Origin: an uncultured Ruminococcus sp.
GTDB taxonomy: Bacteria; Bacillota; Clostridia; Oscillospirales; Acutalibacteraceae
NCBI GenBank assembly: GCA_902796915.1
Contig: CADBQS010000064.1
Span: 12,591-76,590, forward strand
Length of the DNA stretch: 64,000 nucleotides
Direction: 5' to 3'
The position numbers were made by a program, and so were the translations under genes. Of this stretch, positions 42,506-52,552 are shown piece by piece. How positions within the stretch are numbered: position 1 is the first letter of the stretch; each line of letters begins with the position of its first letter. A model generated the notes under the pieces. The model saw only the letters and a program-made list of their open reading frames with translations. It was not told the origin of the DNA and did not search any database.

Positions 42506-43843
42506 ATGGAACAAAACATTAATAATAACAATGATAATGATAATTCAAATGATGAATTAGGTACTTCAAAGTATATATATACAGAACGGACCCAACAAGT
42601 TAACAAAGATGATGATGACTATTTAGAGGTAGGAAAAGATGGCATTAGTAAATCTATGAGAAATTTTTTAGTGTTTTCTATAATTATAATGATAGTTTTA
42701 CTTATGGCTATAGTTGGATATTTCATTTATGTATTAAACGGAGGAAAAATAGATATACAAATTCCTGGTATTACAAGTAATAGTAGTCAATCTTCTCAAA
42801 GTAGCACAGAAGATAGCGGAATAAATCCGAATGGTCCAACTATTAGCATAGAAGAACAACCAGAGGATGGAAGTTTATCGGCCGAACAAGTCTATGAAAA
42901 AGCTTCACCGTCAGTAGTTGGAGTAGTAGTTTACGATTATAATGCAGGGATAATTTCGGACCCATCAAGTCAAGGTTCGGGTATAATAATTAGCGAAAAT
43001 GGATATATTGTTACAAATTCACATGTTGTAGGAGATACAAAGCAGCAAAATATAAAGATAGTATTATATGATGGAACAGAATATTCTGGTAAGGTTATTG
43101 GATTTGACAAAAGAACAGATTTAGCAGTAATTAAAGCAGAGGCAAGTGGATTAACTCCAGCATCTTTTTCAGATTCAGATACAGTGAAGGTTGGATCTTG
43201 GGCACTGGCTATAGGAAATCCGGGCGGATTAAACTTTGCAAGCTCTTTAACAAGAGGAACAATCTCAGCAGTAAATCGTTCTGTTGGTTCATCGCAAAGC
43301 CTAGTGAAGTATATACAAACAGATGCGGCAATTAATCCAGGTAATTCCGGTGGAGCACTTCTGAATATGTATGGACAGGTAATAGGAGTAAATTCAATAA
43401 AAATTGCCCTTGCGGATTTTGAGGGAATGGGATTTGCAATTCCGAGTAATACAGTAAAATCCGTTGTTGACGATATAATTAAACAAGGTTACGTTTCAGG
43501 AAGAGTACGCCTAGGAATTACAGGTAAAATGGTTAGCAATTATCAAGCACAAATATATGATGTACCAATAGGAATAATAATAGCAGAAATTCACGAAGAT
43601 AGCGATTTAGCATCTCAGGGAGTAAAAGTAGGAGATATAATAACAAAGATAAATGGAGTAAATATAACTGGTTTTGACGTATTATACAGTGAACTTACGA
43701 AATATAGCGTAGGAGATAGCGTAAAATTAACGGTATATAGGCAAGCAACAAATACTACTAATTCATCAACGTTTGAGGTTAATGTGAAACTTCTTGAAGA
43801 TAAAGGCTCTACACAGCAATCAATAGCAATAAACAAAAGATAA
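42506..43843 (+). CDS. htrA: HtrA/DegP-family serine protease with PDZ domain and an N-terminal Asn/Asp-rich cytoplasmic tail plus TM anchor
   Basis: Catalytic triad contexts TNSHVV, DLAVIK and GNSGGAL, with a C-terminal PDZ (GVKVGDIITKINGV). Confidence 0.92.
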   Translation: MEQNINNNNDNDNSNDELGTSKYIYTERTQQVNKDDDDYLEVGKDGISKSMRNFLVFSIIIMIVLLMAIVGYFIYVLNGGKIDIQIPGITSNSSQSSQSSTEDSGINPNGPTISIEEQPEDGSLSAEQVYEKASPSVVGVVVYDYNAGIISDPSSQGSGIIISENGYIVTNSHVVGDTKQQNIKIVLYDGTEYSGKVIGFDKRTDLAVIKAEASGLTPASFSDSDTVKVGSWALAIGNPGGLNFASSLTRGTISAVNRSVGSSQSLVKYIQTDAAINPGNSGGALLNMYGQVIGVNSIKIALADFEGMGFAIPSNTVKSVVDDIIKQGYVSGRVRLGITGKMVSNYQAQIYDVPIGIIIAEIHEDSDLASQGVKVGDIITKINGVNITGFDVLYSELTKYSVGDSVKLTVYRQATNTTNSSTFEVNVKLLEDKGSTQQSIAINKR

Positions 43844-43848
43844 AATAT

Positions 43849-43880
43849 AAAACATCAGTAAAACTGATGTTTTATATTTT
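43849..43880. terminator. Bidirectional terminator between htrA and the convergent GG-leader peptide gene
   Basis: 11-bp stem AAAACATCAGT / ACTGATGTTTT with a T-run on the plus side and an A-run before it that serves the minus strand. Confidence 0.7.
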
Positions 43881-43959
43881 TAAGAGGTTATGTTTAATTC
43901 ACACCAAAAAATGCAGCTAAAGCTTTTTCCGCAGATTTATAGTATAATTCATCTTCTCT

Positions 43960-44214
43960 TTATGTCAAAGTTTCTCCGCGATTGTATTTACAAACAGATA
44001 TAACTGTTTCTGGGTCTTGCTCTATTTTTATGCCCCATTCTTTATCAGTACACAATATTTTGACTGCTTTAGAAAATTCAGGAAGTTTATCTACATTAGC
44101 ATTAATTCCTTCATACAAGACATTTCCGTTAATATCTAATAGTTTGTAAAAACAGTCACCGCCACCAGCAACCATATTTAAATCATTATCGCTTAATTTT
44201 TTCATATTTTTCAC
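43960..44214 (-). CDS. Double-glycine leader peptide precursor (84 aa; 18-aa leader plus 66-aa acidic, 3-Cys core)
   Basis: GAGGTG SD 5 nt before the ATG. The leader MKNMKKLSDNDLNMVAGG fits the consensus (L-12, D-8, L-7, V-4, GG). An extended -10 (TGATATAAT) lies upstream. Confidence 0.75.
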   Translation of the reverse strand: MKNMKKLSDNDLNMVAGGGDCFYKLLDINGNVLYEGINANVDKLPEFSKAVKILCTDKEWGIKIEQDPETVISVCKYNRGETLT

Positions 44215-44344
44215 CTCATTCTAGATAATTATATCATTAATTTGACAAAAAGTAAATAAATATTATTAAAAACAAAAAATATCAATAGGCATATAAGTTT
44301 AAAGTTAATCAAAATTCTGGTATTACTTATAGCTTTTTTGTAAA

Positions 44345-44377
44345 TAACAAGTTCCTATAATTAATAGGAACTTGTTA
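44345..44377. repeat. Perfect 14-bp inverted repeat spanning the stop codon of the P-type ATPase gene
   Basis: TAACAAGTTCCTAT - AATTA - ATAGGAACTTGTTA. The TAA stop (44361-44363, minus strand) sits in the loop. Only a weak T-run follows on the minus strand. Confidence 0.6.
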
Positions 44378-46718
44378 CTTTATGTTTATTTATTAACTTA
44401 TTAATATATTTAAATAGTAAAGTTGATATGCAAAATAATAATATAATTGTTATAAACCCTATTATGCTTAATTGATGAAGCGAAAACAACTCTTTAAAGA
44501 ATATAACTCCAACGGCGAAGAAAATACTTACAAAATAAAAAAGTATTTTTCTTACAAAATTAAATGGTATAGATATATTATAAAGTAACATTAATTCAAT
44601 GTATCCAGTAATAATTACACATATCGTAGAATATTCTCCTTGCGATAAATTGAATTTATTATGAGAAAAAATACATATTAAAATACAAAGTACAGTTATA
44701 ATAGCCGTAGGTAAAGATTTACTGATAATATTTTTGAAAAGATTTGTAGTAACTCTATCTTTATTAGGCTCTAATGCTAATATGAAAGAAGGTATTCCGA
44801 TTGTAAGGCTACTTATAAGAGTCATTTGTATGGGCACAAACGGGTATGGTACGGATATAAGTAAAAATATTAAGGAAAGCATAGCGGAGTATATTGTTTT
44901 TACTAAAAACAGAGAAGATGAACGCTGTATGTTATTTATAGAACGTCTACCTTCAGCAACTACTTTAGGCATAGAAGAGAAATCAGAATCTAAAAGTATT
45001 AAATGAGAAACGTTACGTGCAGCATCACTGCCATTTGCAACGGCAATACTGCAATCTGCTTCTTTTAATGCAAGTACGTCATTAACTCCATCACCTGTCA
45101 TTGCTACAGTATGGCCTAACTTTTTTAATTCTTGAATTATTTTAAGTTTTTGATTAGGTGTTACTCTTCCGAAAACAGTATATTCTTTTACTATGTCTAA
45201 TAAATTATTATCATTAATATTAGTAGCATCTATATATTTATCAGCATTTTTAACTCCTACGCTTTTAGCAATACTTGAAACTGTTAATGGATTATCACCT
45301 GATATTATTTTTATATCAACATTTTGCTGTAAGAAATATTTTATAGTTTCACTTGCATTAGGTCTTATTTGGTCTTTTATAAGCACAAATGCTAAAATTT
45401 CAAGATTATCTGGTAGCTTATTTTCCTGGACCTCTATGTTTGATTTTGCTAGAGTAAGTACTCTATATTTAGAGGAGTATTTATCTAATAAATCTTTTAT
45501 ATTATCTAATTTTTGATTTTCTAAAATGAATTCAGCCGCTCCGATTACAAAGCTTCCGTAATTTCTAAAATAAGCTCCAGACCATTTTTTATCAGAAGAA
45601 AAAGGTACAATTATATCTGCCTTAGTGTTAGTGCTTTTATTAAAATATTTTTTAATAGCAGTAAATGTTTCATTAGAATCCTTTAAGTTACTAGATAGCA
45701 TTGATAAATATTCAAAAATTTGTTCTTTGCTAGAATTACTATGCGGTATAACGTCTTCAACCTGTAAATTACCGGTTGTTATTGTACCTGTTTTATCGAG
45801 ACATAAAGTGTCAACTCTTGCAAGAGTTTCAATACAATATATATCTTGAACCAGAACCTTATGCTTGGCTAACCTTACTACTCCAACGGCGAGGACTGTG
45901 CTTATTAAAAGCACTAGCCCTTCGGGAATCATGCCTATCAATGCGGCAGATGTATTGACGATAGCATTATTGAGATTAAAATTATTTATGTTTAACTGTC
46001 GCCAAAAAAGAAGAATCCCTATTGGTATTATATAGATTGAAATTATCTTGATTATTTTTTTTACAGTTATCATAATTTCTGATTCTGTATTTTTAATATA
46101 TTTTGTATCATGAAGAATAGTAGAAGCATAGTTTTTAGCACCAACATTTTCAACTCTTGTTATGCATATACCGCTGGAGATAAAGCTACCCGATAAAAGC
46201 TTATCTCCTTTTTTCTTGGGTATTGAGTCGGATTCTCCAGTTAGTAATGATTCGTTAGCTTCACAATTACCCTCTAATATAATACAATCGGATACAATTT
46301 GATTACCGCTGGAATAGCAGATTATATCATCTTGTACGATTTCGTTTACTTTTAATTTAATGTTTTGACTGTCTCTAATAGCATTTACTTCTACAGATGA
46401 TATAAGATTTAAGCTGTCTACAGCTTTTTTTGCACGTATTTCTTGAACAATACCGATAAGAGAGTTGCATATTACTACTCCCATGAACATAAGATTTTTA
46501 TAAGAGCCAACATATAGTATAGCTAATGCTAAAATTATATTTATTAAGTTAAAAAGAGTAAAAAGGTTGTTTTTTATTATTTGTGGGATAGTATTTGTAT
46601 CTACAGACGAATTGAAGTTTACAAGTCCTTCCTTAATTCTCTGTTCAACTTGTTCTTTTGTAAGACCTTTGGATATGTTTGGAATAAAGCATTTTATATT
46701 ATTGTTGGTATTTTCCAT
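44361..46718 (-). CDS. Cation-transporting P-type ATPase (HAD-IC family; substrate not assignable)
   Basis: Phosphorylation site LCLDKTGTITTGN, the hinge TGDGVNDVLALKEAD, TGES-like LTGESD, and about 10 TM segments. ATG 46718 follows an AGGAGGTA SD; the track extension to 46904 is rejected. Confidence 0.92.
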   Translation of the reverse strand: MENTNNNIKCFIPNISKGLTKEQVEQRIKEGLVNFNSSVDTNTIPQIIKNNLFTLFNLINIILALAILYVGSYKNLMFMGVVICNSLIGIVQEIRAKKAVDSLNLISSVEVNAIRDSQNIKLKVNEIVQDDIICYSSGNQIVSDCIILEGNCEANESLLTGESDSIPKKKGDKLLSGSFISSGICITRVENVGAKNYASTILHDTKYIKNTESEIMITVKKIIKIISIYIIPIGILLFWRQLNINNFNLNNAIVNTSAALIGMIPEGLVLLISTVLAVGVVRLAKHKVLVQDIYCIETLARVDTLCLDKTGTITTGNLQVEDVIPHSNSSKEQIFEYLSMLSSNLKDSNETFTAIKKYFNKSTNTKADIIVPFSSDKKWSGAYFRNYGSFVIGAAEFILENQKLDNIKDLLDKYSSKYRVLTLAKSNIEVQENKLPDNLEILAFVLIKDQIRPNASETIKYFLQQNVDIKIISGDNPLTVSSIAKSVGVKNADKYIDATNINDNNLLDIVKEYTVFGRVTPNQKLKIIQELKKLGHTVAMTGDGVNDVLALKEADCSIAVANGSDAARNVSHLILLDSDFSSMPKVVAEGRRSINNIQRSSSLFLVKTIYSAMLSLIFLLISVPYPFVPIQMTLISSLTIGIPSFILALEPNKDRVTTNLFKNIISKSLPTAIITVLCILICIFSHNKFNLSQGEYSTICVIITGYIELMLLYNISIPFNFVRKILFYFVSIFFAVGVIFFKELFSLHQLSIIGFITIILLFCISTLLFKYINKLINKHKVTSSY

Positions 46719-46796
46719 ATTATACCTCCTAAATTGAGTATTAATATATGTATTTATTTTACTGGGGTGATAAAGTTGGTATGCAGAATAGTAGAT

Positions 46797-47066
46797 ATGA
46801 AGAATAAAGAAGTTATAAACGTAAAGGATGGAAGAAGAATAGGCTGCGTAAATGATGTTGAAGTAGATATGTGTTGTGCTAAACTTGTGGCAATTGTTGT
46901 ACATGGAAGACTAAAGTGTTTTGGCATGTTTGGTAGAGAGGACGATATAATTATAAAATGGGAAAATATAGAAGTAATAGGTGAAGATACAATATTAGTA
47001 AAATATAATTGTGGATGCAAAAGAAGAAAGAAACCTAAAATATTACATACTTTGTTTGGTAATTAA
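46797..47066 (+). CDS. ylmC: YlmC/YmxH-family (PRC-barrel) sporulation protein
   Basis: INVKDGRRIGCVNDVEVD...IIIKWENIEVIGEDTILVK matches the YlmC/YmxH pattern. Only the last 89 aa of the track ORF are coding. Confidence 0.8.
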   Translation: MKNKEVINVKDGRRIGCVNDVEVDMCCAKLVAIVVHGRLKCFGMFGREDDIIIKWENIEVIGEDTILVKYNCGCKRRKKPKILHTLFGN

Positions 47067-47091
47067 TAATATGAATTAAGAGGGGAATTAC

Positions 47092-47817
47092 GTGAAGAAA
47101 ATACATAAAAATGTACTATTTTATTCTAGCATATTTTCAATAACAATGCTATTCTCAGCATTAATATTTGTAGCATACGGTAGGATATCAAGCCAAGTGT
47201 TTTCATCTCAAAGTGGAAGACAATATACAGTGGTATTAGACAGCGGTCATGGAGGCGAAGATGGCGGAGCAGTTGGACAAAATGGAATAATGGAAAAAAA
47301 CATTAATTTAGAAATAGCAAAAAAAATCAGAGATATGCTTGAAGCATCGGGATATAAGGTTATCATGACAAGAGAAGAGGATAAAGCAATTTACGATAGT
47401 AGTACAAATACATTAAGAGAAAAGAAACGTTCAGATTTAAAAAATAGATTAGAGTTATTAAAATCAAACACGAATGATGATTCTATATTTGTAAGTATAC
47501 ATCAAAATAAGTTTAGCGATTCAAAATATTTTGGCTCGCAAATATTTTATTCTAAAAATAACATAAAGAGTCAAGACCTAGCTAATTGTATAAAAGAATC
47601 GATAGTAGGATTAATACAGCCTAAAAATACGAGAGAAATAAAACCAGCAGATAAAAATATATATTTACTTCATAATGCTGAAGGTCCATCGGTAGTTGTA
47701 GAGTGCGGATTCTTATCTAATGAAGAAGAAGCAAACAAATTGAACAGTAGTGAATATCAAGAACAAATGGCTTTTAGTATATATTGTGGTATTACTAACT
47801 ATTTTATAAATTTATAA
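47092..47817 (+). CDS. cwlD: Germination-specific N-acetylmuramoyl-L-alanine amidase CwlD
   Basis: N-terminal TM, Amidase_3 motifs VVLDSGHGGEDGGAVG, SIHQN and ECGFLSN. GTG start. Confidence 0.88.
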   Translation: MKKIHKNVLFYSSIFSITMLFSALIFVAYGRISSQVFSSQSGRQYTVVLDSGHGGEDGGAVGQNGIMEKNINLEIAKKIRDMLEASGYKVIMTREEDKAIYDSSTNTLREKKRSDLKNRLELLKSNTNDDSIFVSIHQNKFSDSKYFGSQIFYSKNNIKSQDLANCIKESIVGLIQPKNTREIKPADKNIYLLHNAEGPSVVVECGFLSNEEEANKLNSSEYQEQMAFSIYCGITNYFINL

Positions 47818-47848
47818 CTAAATTTATAAATATTTTTTCAAAAAACTA

Positions 47849-47877
47849 TTGACAAATTTGCGCACGGGGGGTATAAT
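47849..47877 (+). promoter_or_regulatory. Consensus sigma-A promoter candidate for the 221-aa orphan gene
   Basis: Perfect TTGACA, 17-nt spacer, TATAAT. Confidence 0.55.
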
Positions 47878-47932
47878 AGATAATGTAAACAAAAAATGTT
47901 TTTAGTTTATAGATTATATTTACAAAGAAAGG

Positions 47933-48598
47933 ATGTCTAAGATGGAATCGAAAAATTTTGCACTTTTATTTAATTATATTTATAAAGAAGGTGGTAAGGC
48001 AGTTTTTGAGCAAGAAATGAGTAAGCTTTTATCAGATGTGAAAAAATTGGAAGATAATAAGAGTGACGAAGCTCAAAAAGAACTAGAAACAATGAATTTG
48101 ACAAGTAAGAATGTGTGGAAAAAGTGTTTCCGTGACTCTGTACGAAGAAAACTATGTCCTGTTCTTAATAAAAATTTAGACCTATTAAAGGATGAAATAC
48201 ACAATGCTATTAGTAGTCAGGAATTTACATCTACAAATGCACCATATTGGCGTATGATTGGTGCTCCAAAGTTTCTTGTGGATGCTGTTAAAAGGAACGC
48301 TTGGTCAATTTATGATGAGGCTTTTTCGTACTTAATAGGTTTGAGTAATGAATCGACTTTTGATGACGAATTACCAATATCAGATAAGAAGAAAATTATG
48401 GTATCTAATGCTTGCCGTATAGTCAATGCATTTTTAGGTAATTGCAAGGTGGTTCGTGAGGCTGTAAACTGTTTGCGGAATGTTGCTATGAAAGAAGGTT
48501 GGGATTATGAAACTGAGTCTGACTTGCGTGACAAATTGGAAAATGATTTATTTAATGCATTAAAATCGTTGGCTAGAAAAGTTGATTTACCTGATTAA
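47933..48598 (+). CDS. Hypothetical protein (about 220 aa), no recognisable domain, no signal peptide
   Basis: Clean ORF with its own promoter and terminator. ATG 47942 has better SD spacing (AAAGGA, 8 nt) than ATG 47933. Confidence 0.65.
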   Translation: MSKMESKNFALLFNYIYKEGGKAVFEQEMSKLLSDVKKLEDNKSDEAQKELETMNLTSKNVWKKCFRDSVRRKLCPVLNKNLDLLKDEIHNAISSQEFTSTNAPYWRMIGAPKFLVDAVKRNAWSIYDEAFSYLIGLSNESTFDDELPISDKKKIMVSNACRIVNAFLGNCKVVREAVNCLRNVAMKEGWDYETESDLRDKLENDLFNALKSLARKVDLPD

Positions 48599-48619
48599 TT
48601 TTAATTAAATATTTGGTTT

Positions 48620-48662
48620 TAGATTTTTTAGTATGTTATAATACTAAAAAATCTATTTTTTT
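48620..48662 (+). terminator. Rho-independent terminator after the 221-aa gene
   Basis: 14-bp stem TAGATTTTTTAGTA / TACTAAAAAATCTA followed by T7. Confidence 0.7.
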
Positions 48663-48674
48663 ATGGAGGAATAT

Positions 48675-50048
48675 ATGTCTAAGAAATCAAAAACAGTTTA
48701 CGTGTGCAATGAATGCGGGTTCGAGTCAGCAAAATGGAATGGAATATGCCCGTCTTGCGGACAAGGCAACACAATGTTTGAACAAACAGTAGATGAGGGG
48801 ATAGTAAAAGGAAAAAAGACTAATAATATAAATAAACAAAGGGCTGTACCTGTTTGTATGTCGGATATAGATATAATGGATGAAACTAGGTATCATACAG
48901 GTTTATGTGAGTTAGACAGAGTATTTGGAGGAGGAATCGTTAAAGGTTCACTTGTATTAATTGGAGGCTCTCCTGGAATAGGTAAATCAACGCTGCTTCT
49001 TCAAATTTGCGACTACTTAGGGGAAAAATTAAGAATTTTATATATATCAGGAGAAGAGTCTAAAAGACAGATAAAAATGAGAGCAGAGAGATTAAAAACA
49101 AATAGTGAAAATCTCTTAATTATGACAGAAACAGACGTAGAATTAATAGCAGAAGAAATACTATCATCTAAGCCAGATTTAGTAATAATAGATTCAATAC
49201 AAACAATGAATCACACAGAGCTTAATTCGTTACCTGGAAGCATAGCACAAGTGAAAGAATGTACAAATATATTTTTAAAGCTTTCAAAAATGCTTGAGAT
49301 ACCAATACTTTTAGTAGGACACGTTAATAAAGACGGAGCAATTGCAGGGCCAAAGGTATTGGAACATATAGTTGATGTAGTGCTATATTTTGAGGGAGAC
49401 AGCCAGACATCTTATAGAATATTAAGAGCGGTAAAGAATAGACACGGTTCTACAAATGAAATAGGCGTATTTCAAATGGATAATATAGGGCTTAAAGAAG
49501 TAGAAAATCCGTCATTAATGTTATTGGCAGACAGACCCCATGGAGTTTCAGGTACATGTGTTGGATGTGTTATGGAAGGCACTAGGCCTATACTTACAGA
49601 AATACAAGGATTAGCGACGGCTACAGGATTTGGAAATCCAAGAAGAATGGCAATAGGGTTTGATTATAATAGATTATCATTAATATTAGCAGTACTTGAA
49701 AAAAGAGCAGGATACTTTTTTTCTAATATGGATACGTATATAAACGTTGTGGGGGGAATAAAACTTGACGAACCTGCAGCAGATTTAGCAATAGCTGTTT
49801 CTTTGATATCTAGTTTAAAAGACGTACCAATTAATGAAGATGCACTTGTGTTTGGTGAAATTGGACTTGCCGGCGAGATAAGAACAGTTCCGAATGCTGA
49901 ATTGAGGGTTATAGAGGCCTCAAGATTAGGTTTTAAAACATGTATTGTACCTAAATATAATTTAAAGGGATTAGGAGATTTATCTAAATATAAAATAAAA
50001 ATAATAGGAGTTAACAGCATACGACAGGCATTTGAGGCTTTAACATAA
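48675..50048 (+). CDS. radA: DNA repair protein RadA/Sms
   Basis: Zinc finger YVCNECGFESAKWNGICPSCG, Walker A GSPGIGKSTLLLQ, the KNRFG-type KNRHGSTNEIGVF and a Lon-like C-terminal domain. Confidence 0.95.
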   Translation: MSKKSKTVYVCNECGFESAKWNGICPSCGQGNTMFEQTVDEGIVKGKKTNNINKQRAVPVCMSDIDIMDETRYHTGLCELDRVFGGGIVKGSLVLIGGSPGIGKSTLLLQICDYLGEKLRILYISGEESKRQIKMRAERLKTNSENLLIMTETDVELIAEEILSSKPDLVIIDSIQTMNHTELNSLPGSIAQVKECTNIFLKLSKMLEIPILLVGHVNKDGAIAGPKVLEHIVDVVLYFEGDSQTSYRILRAVKNRHGSTNEIGVFQMDNIGLKEVENPSLMLLADRPHGVSGTCVGCVMEGTRPILTEIQGLATATGFGNPRRMAIGFDYNRLSLILAVLEKRAGYFFSNMDTYINVVGGIKLDEPAADLAIAVSLISSLKDVPINEDALVFGEIGLAGEIRTVPNAELRVIEASRLGFKTCIVPKYNLKGLGDLSKYKIKIIGVNSIRQAFEALT

Positions 50049-50132
50049 AATATTTTTAATTAATATTAGTTGATTATATTATTCTGATATTTTATAATTT
50101 ACTTGTAATAAAATATTGATAGGAGTGTTGCT

Positions 50133-51386
50133 ATGTCTAATTACGTAGAAAACAGTGTATCCTTTTTGAAGGATTTTGACCCAGAAATAAGCGAAGCTAT
50201 AGGCTTAGAACTTAAAAGACAAAGAAGCAATATTGAATTGATAGCTTCTGAAAATATTGTTTCTCCTGCCGTACTTGCAGCGATGGGAAGCATAATGACG
50301 AATAAATATGCAGAAGGATATCCTGGAAAGAGATATTATGGAGGCTGTCAATATATAGATATAGCAGAAGATTTAGCAAGAGAAAGAGCTTGCAAGCTCT
50401 TTGGGTCAGAACATGCCAATGTTCAACCACATTCCGGAGCACAAGCAAATACAGCTGTATATTTTTCAGTTTTAAATCCTGGGGATACTGTAATGGGAAT
50501 GAATTTATCTGAAGGTGGACACTTGACACATGGTTCTCCTGTTAACATGTCGGGTAAATACTATAACTTTGTATCGTATGGTGTGGATAAGGATACGCAA
50601 ATAATGAATTACGATGACATAATGAAAATAGCATTGGAACATAAACCTAAGCTAATAGTTTGCGGAGCGAGTGCATATCCAAGATTGATAGATTTCAAAA
50701 AGTTTAGAGAAATAGCAGATGCATGTGGAGCATATCTAATGGTAGATATGGCACACATTGCTGGATTAGTTGCAGCTGGATTGCATCCGAATCCTGTACC
50801 TTATGCAGATTTTGTTACAACAACTACGCATAAAACATTACGTGGCCCGAGAGGCGGTATGATTTTATGTAAAGAAAAATTTGCTAAGGCTATAGATAAA
50901 GCAATATTTCCAGGAACACAAGGCGGTCCTTTAATGCACACAATAGCAGGAAAAGCGGTATGTTTTTTAGAAGCAATGAAGCCTGAATTTAAGAAATATG
51001 GAGAAAATGTAATAAATAACTGTAAATCTTTAGCGGACGGGCTTTTAAAAAGAGGTAATAAACTTGTATCTGGAGGTACAGACAACCACTTGCTATTACT
51101 AGATTTAAGTGATACAGATATTACGGGTAAAGAGTTAGAGCAAAGGCTTGATAAAGTAAATATAACAGTGAATAAAAATACAGTACCAAACGAAAAGAGA
51201 AGCCCATTCATTACAAGTGGAATAAGAATCGGTACAGCAGCAGTAACAACTAGAGGAATGAATGTTGATGATATGGATAAAATTGCAGAGTATATAAATT
51301 TAGCTATTACTGATTTTGAGAATAAAGAAAATGAGATAAAATCAGGAGTAGAAGAAATTTGCAAAAAATATCCTATATATAATTAA
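50133..51386 (+). CDS. glyA: Serine hydroxymethyltransferase
   Basis: PLP-lysine block [15 protein letters not shown], and [19 protein letters not shown]. Confidence 0.96.
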   Translation: MSNYVENSVSFLKDFDPEISEAIGLELKRQRSNIELIASENIVSPAVLAAMGSIMTNKYAEGYPGKRYYGGCQYIDIAEDLARERACKLFGSEHANVQPHSGAQANTAVYFSVLNPGDTVMGMNLSEGGHLTHGSPVNMSGKYYNFVSYGVDKDTQIMNYDDIMKIALEHKPKLIVCGASAYPRLIDFKKFREIADACGAYLMVDMAHIAGLVAAGLHPNPVPYADFVTTTTHKTLRGPRGGMILCKEKFAKAIDKAIFPGTQGGPLMHTIAGKAVCFLEAMKPEFKKYGENVINNCKSLADGLLKRGNKLVSGGTDNHLLLLDLSDTDITGKELEQRLDKVNITVNKNTVPNEKRSPFITSGIRIGTAAVTTRGMNVDDMDKIAEYINLAITDFENKENEIKSGVEEICKKYPIYN

Positions 51387-51411
51387 TAGAAATATATTTT
51401 GAGGTGTGTAC

Positions 51412-51906
51412 GTGAAAAGAACAATTGTATTTGGTGTATGTCTTGGATTTGCATTGATGTTATCTGGATGCGGTGCAGGAGATGTTGGAGGTAATTTAGA
51501 AACAAGTGAAACGAATTTGACGATGAATCAAGATAACTATGAAAATAATCTAGACGGCTTAGCAAAATTTATGAAAGATAATAACTTAATTTCTGGTGAT
51601 GGAAAAGAAACTTTAGCAAGTTTTATATATGCAGAAAAGGGAGTTAAATATCAATTTAAAAATAATAGTTCATTAGTTACGATAGAATTTTATGATTACG
51701 GAGAAGGAGAAATTTCAGAATCAGCAAATAAAATTATAGAATCGGTAAAAACGGAAGGGAAAATAAATATATTAGATAAGGATTTTTCTGCTTGTATGAA
51801 TGGTAGCGGAAGGTATCTTATGATTTATAACGATTTATCTACAAACAGTGAAAATATTTCGAAAGCAGAAAAGACAAAAGAAATTTTTTCGCAATTTAAA
51901 TCATAA
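51412..51906 (+). CDS. Hypothetical lipoprotein
   Basis: Signal peptide with the lipobox LMLSGC. GTG start after a GAGGTG SD. Confidence 0.7.
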   Translation: MKRTIVFGVCLGFALMLSGCGAGDVGGNLETSETNLTMNQDNYENNLDGLAKFMKDNNLISGDGKETLASFIYAEKGVKYQFKNNSSLVTIEFYDYGEGEISESANKIIESVKTEGKINILDKDFSACMNGSGRYLMIYNDLSTNSENISKAEKTKEIFSQFKS

Positions 51907-51931
51907 GAGATTAAATAAAGATACCTTAATA

Positions 51932-51960
51932 TTGACAGAAATATAATATTTTCATATAAT
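51932..51960 (+). promoter_or_regulatory. Consensus sigma-A promoter candidate for greA
   Basis: Perfect TTGACA, 17-nt spacer, TATAAT. Confidence 0.55.
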
Positions 51961-51986
51961 TATAGTGTTTTCCAATACGATATGGA

Positions 51987-52469
51987 GTGATGAAATTGCC
52001 TAAACAAGTTATGTTAACAGAAGAAGGATTAAAAAAATTAGAGGATGAACTGGAGAGCTTAAAGGGAGAGAAAAGAAAAGAAATAGCTGAGAAAATAAAA
52101 GTAGCACTTTCGTTCGGTGATTTATCTGAAAATAGTGAATATGATGAAGCTAAAAATGAGCAGGCTATAATGGAAGCAAGAATTGCTGAGTTAGAGGCTA
52201 TATTGAAGAATGTAAAGGTTATAGACGAACATGAACTTAGTACCGAAATGATACATGTTGGCTCTAAGGTAAAGCTTTATGATAATAAATTTAAAGAAGA
52301 AGTAGAATACAAGATAGTTGGTTCAAATGAAGCAGATCCTATTGAAAGTAAAATATCTGACGAATCGCCTGTTGGAGCAGGATTATTAGGGCATAAGGTT
52401 GGAGATATTGTAACAATAGAGACTCCAGCCGGACAAACGAGTTATAAAGTTTTAAATATATCAAAATAG
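51987..52469 (+). CDS. greA: Transcription elongation factor GreA
   Basis: [50 protein letters not shown] is the typical GreA coiled coil. The exact start (GTG 51987, ATG 51990 or TTG 51996) is ambiguous. Confidence 0.93.
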   Translation: MMKLPKQVMLTEEGLKKLEDELESLKGEKRKEIAEKIKVALSFGDLSENSEYDEAKNEQAIMEARIAELEAILKNVKVIDEHELSTEMIHVGSKVKLYDNKFKEEVEYKIVGSNEADPIESKISDESPVGAGLLGHKVGDIVTIETPAGQTSYKVLNISK

Positions 52470-52490
52470 TAATTTAGGAATAATGATATA

Positions 52491-52529
52491 ACGGGCAAGA
52501 GCAGTATATTTTGCTCTGTCCGTGTTTTT
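52491..52529 (+). terminator. Rho-independent terminator after greA
   Basis: Stem ACGGGCAAGAGC / GCTCTGTCCGT (one bulge) followed by GTTTTTGTT. Confidence 0.65.
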
Positions 52530-52552
52530 GTTAAAAGAGAGGAGACTTAATA

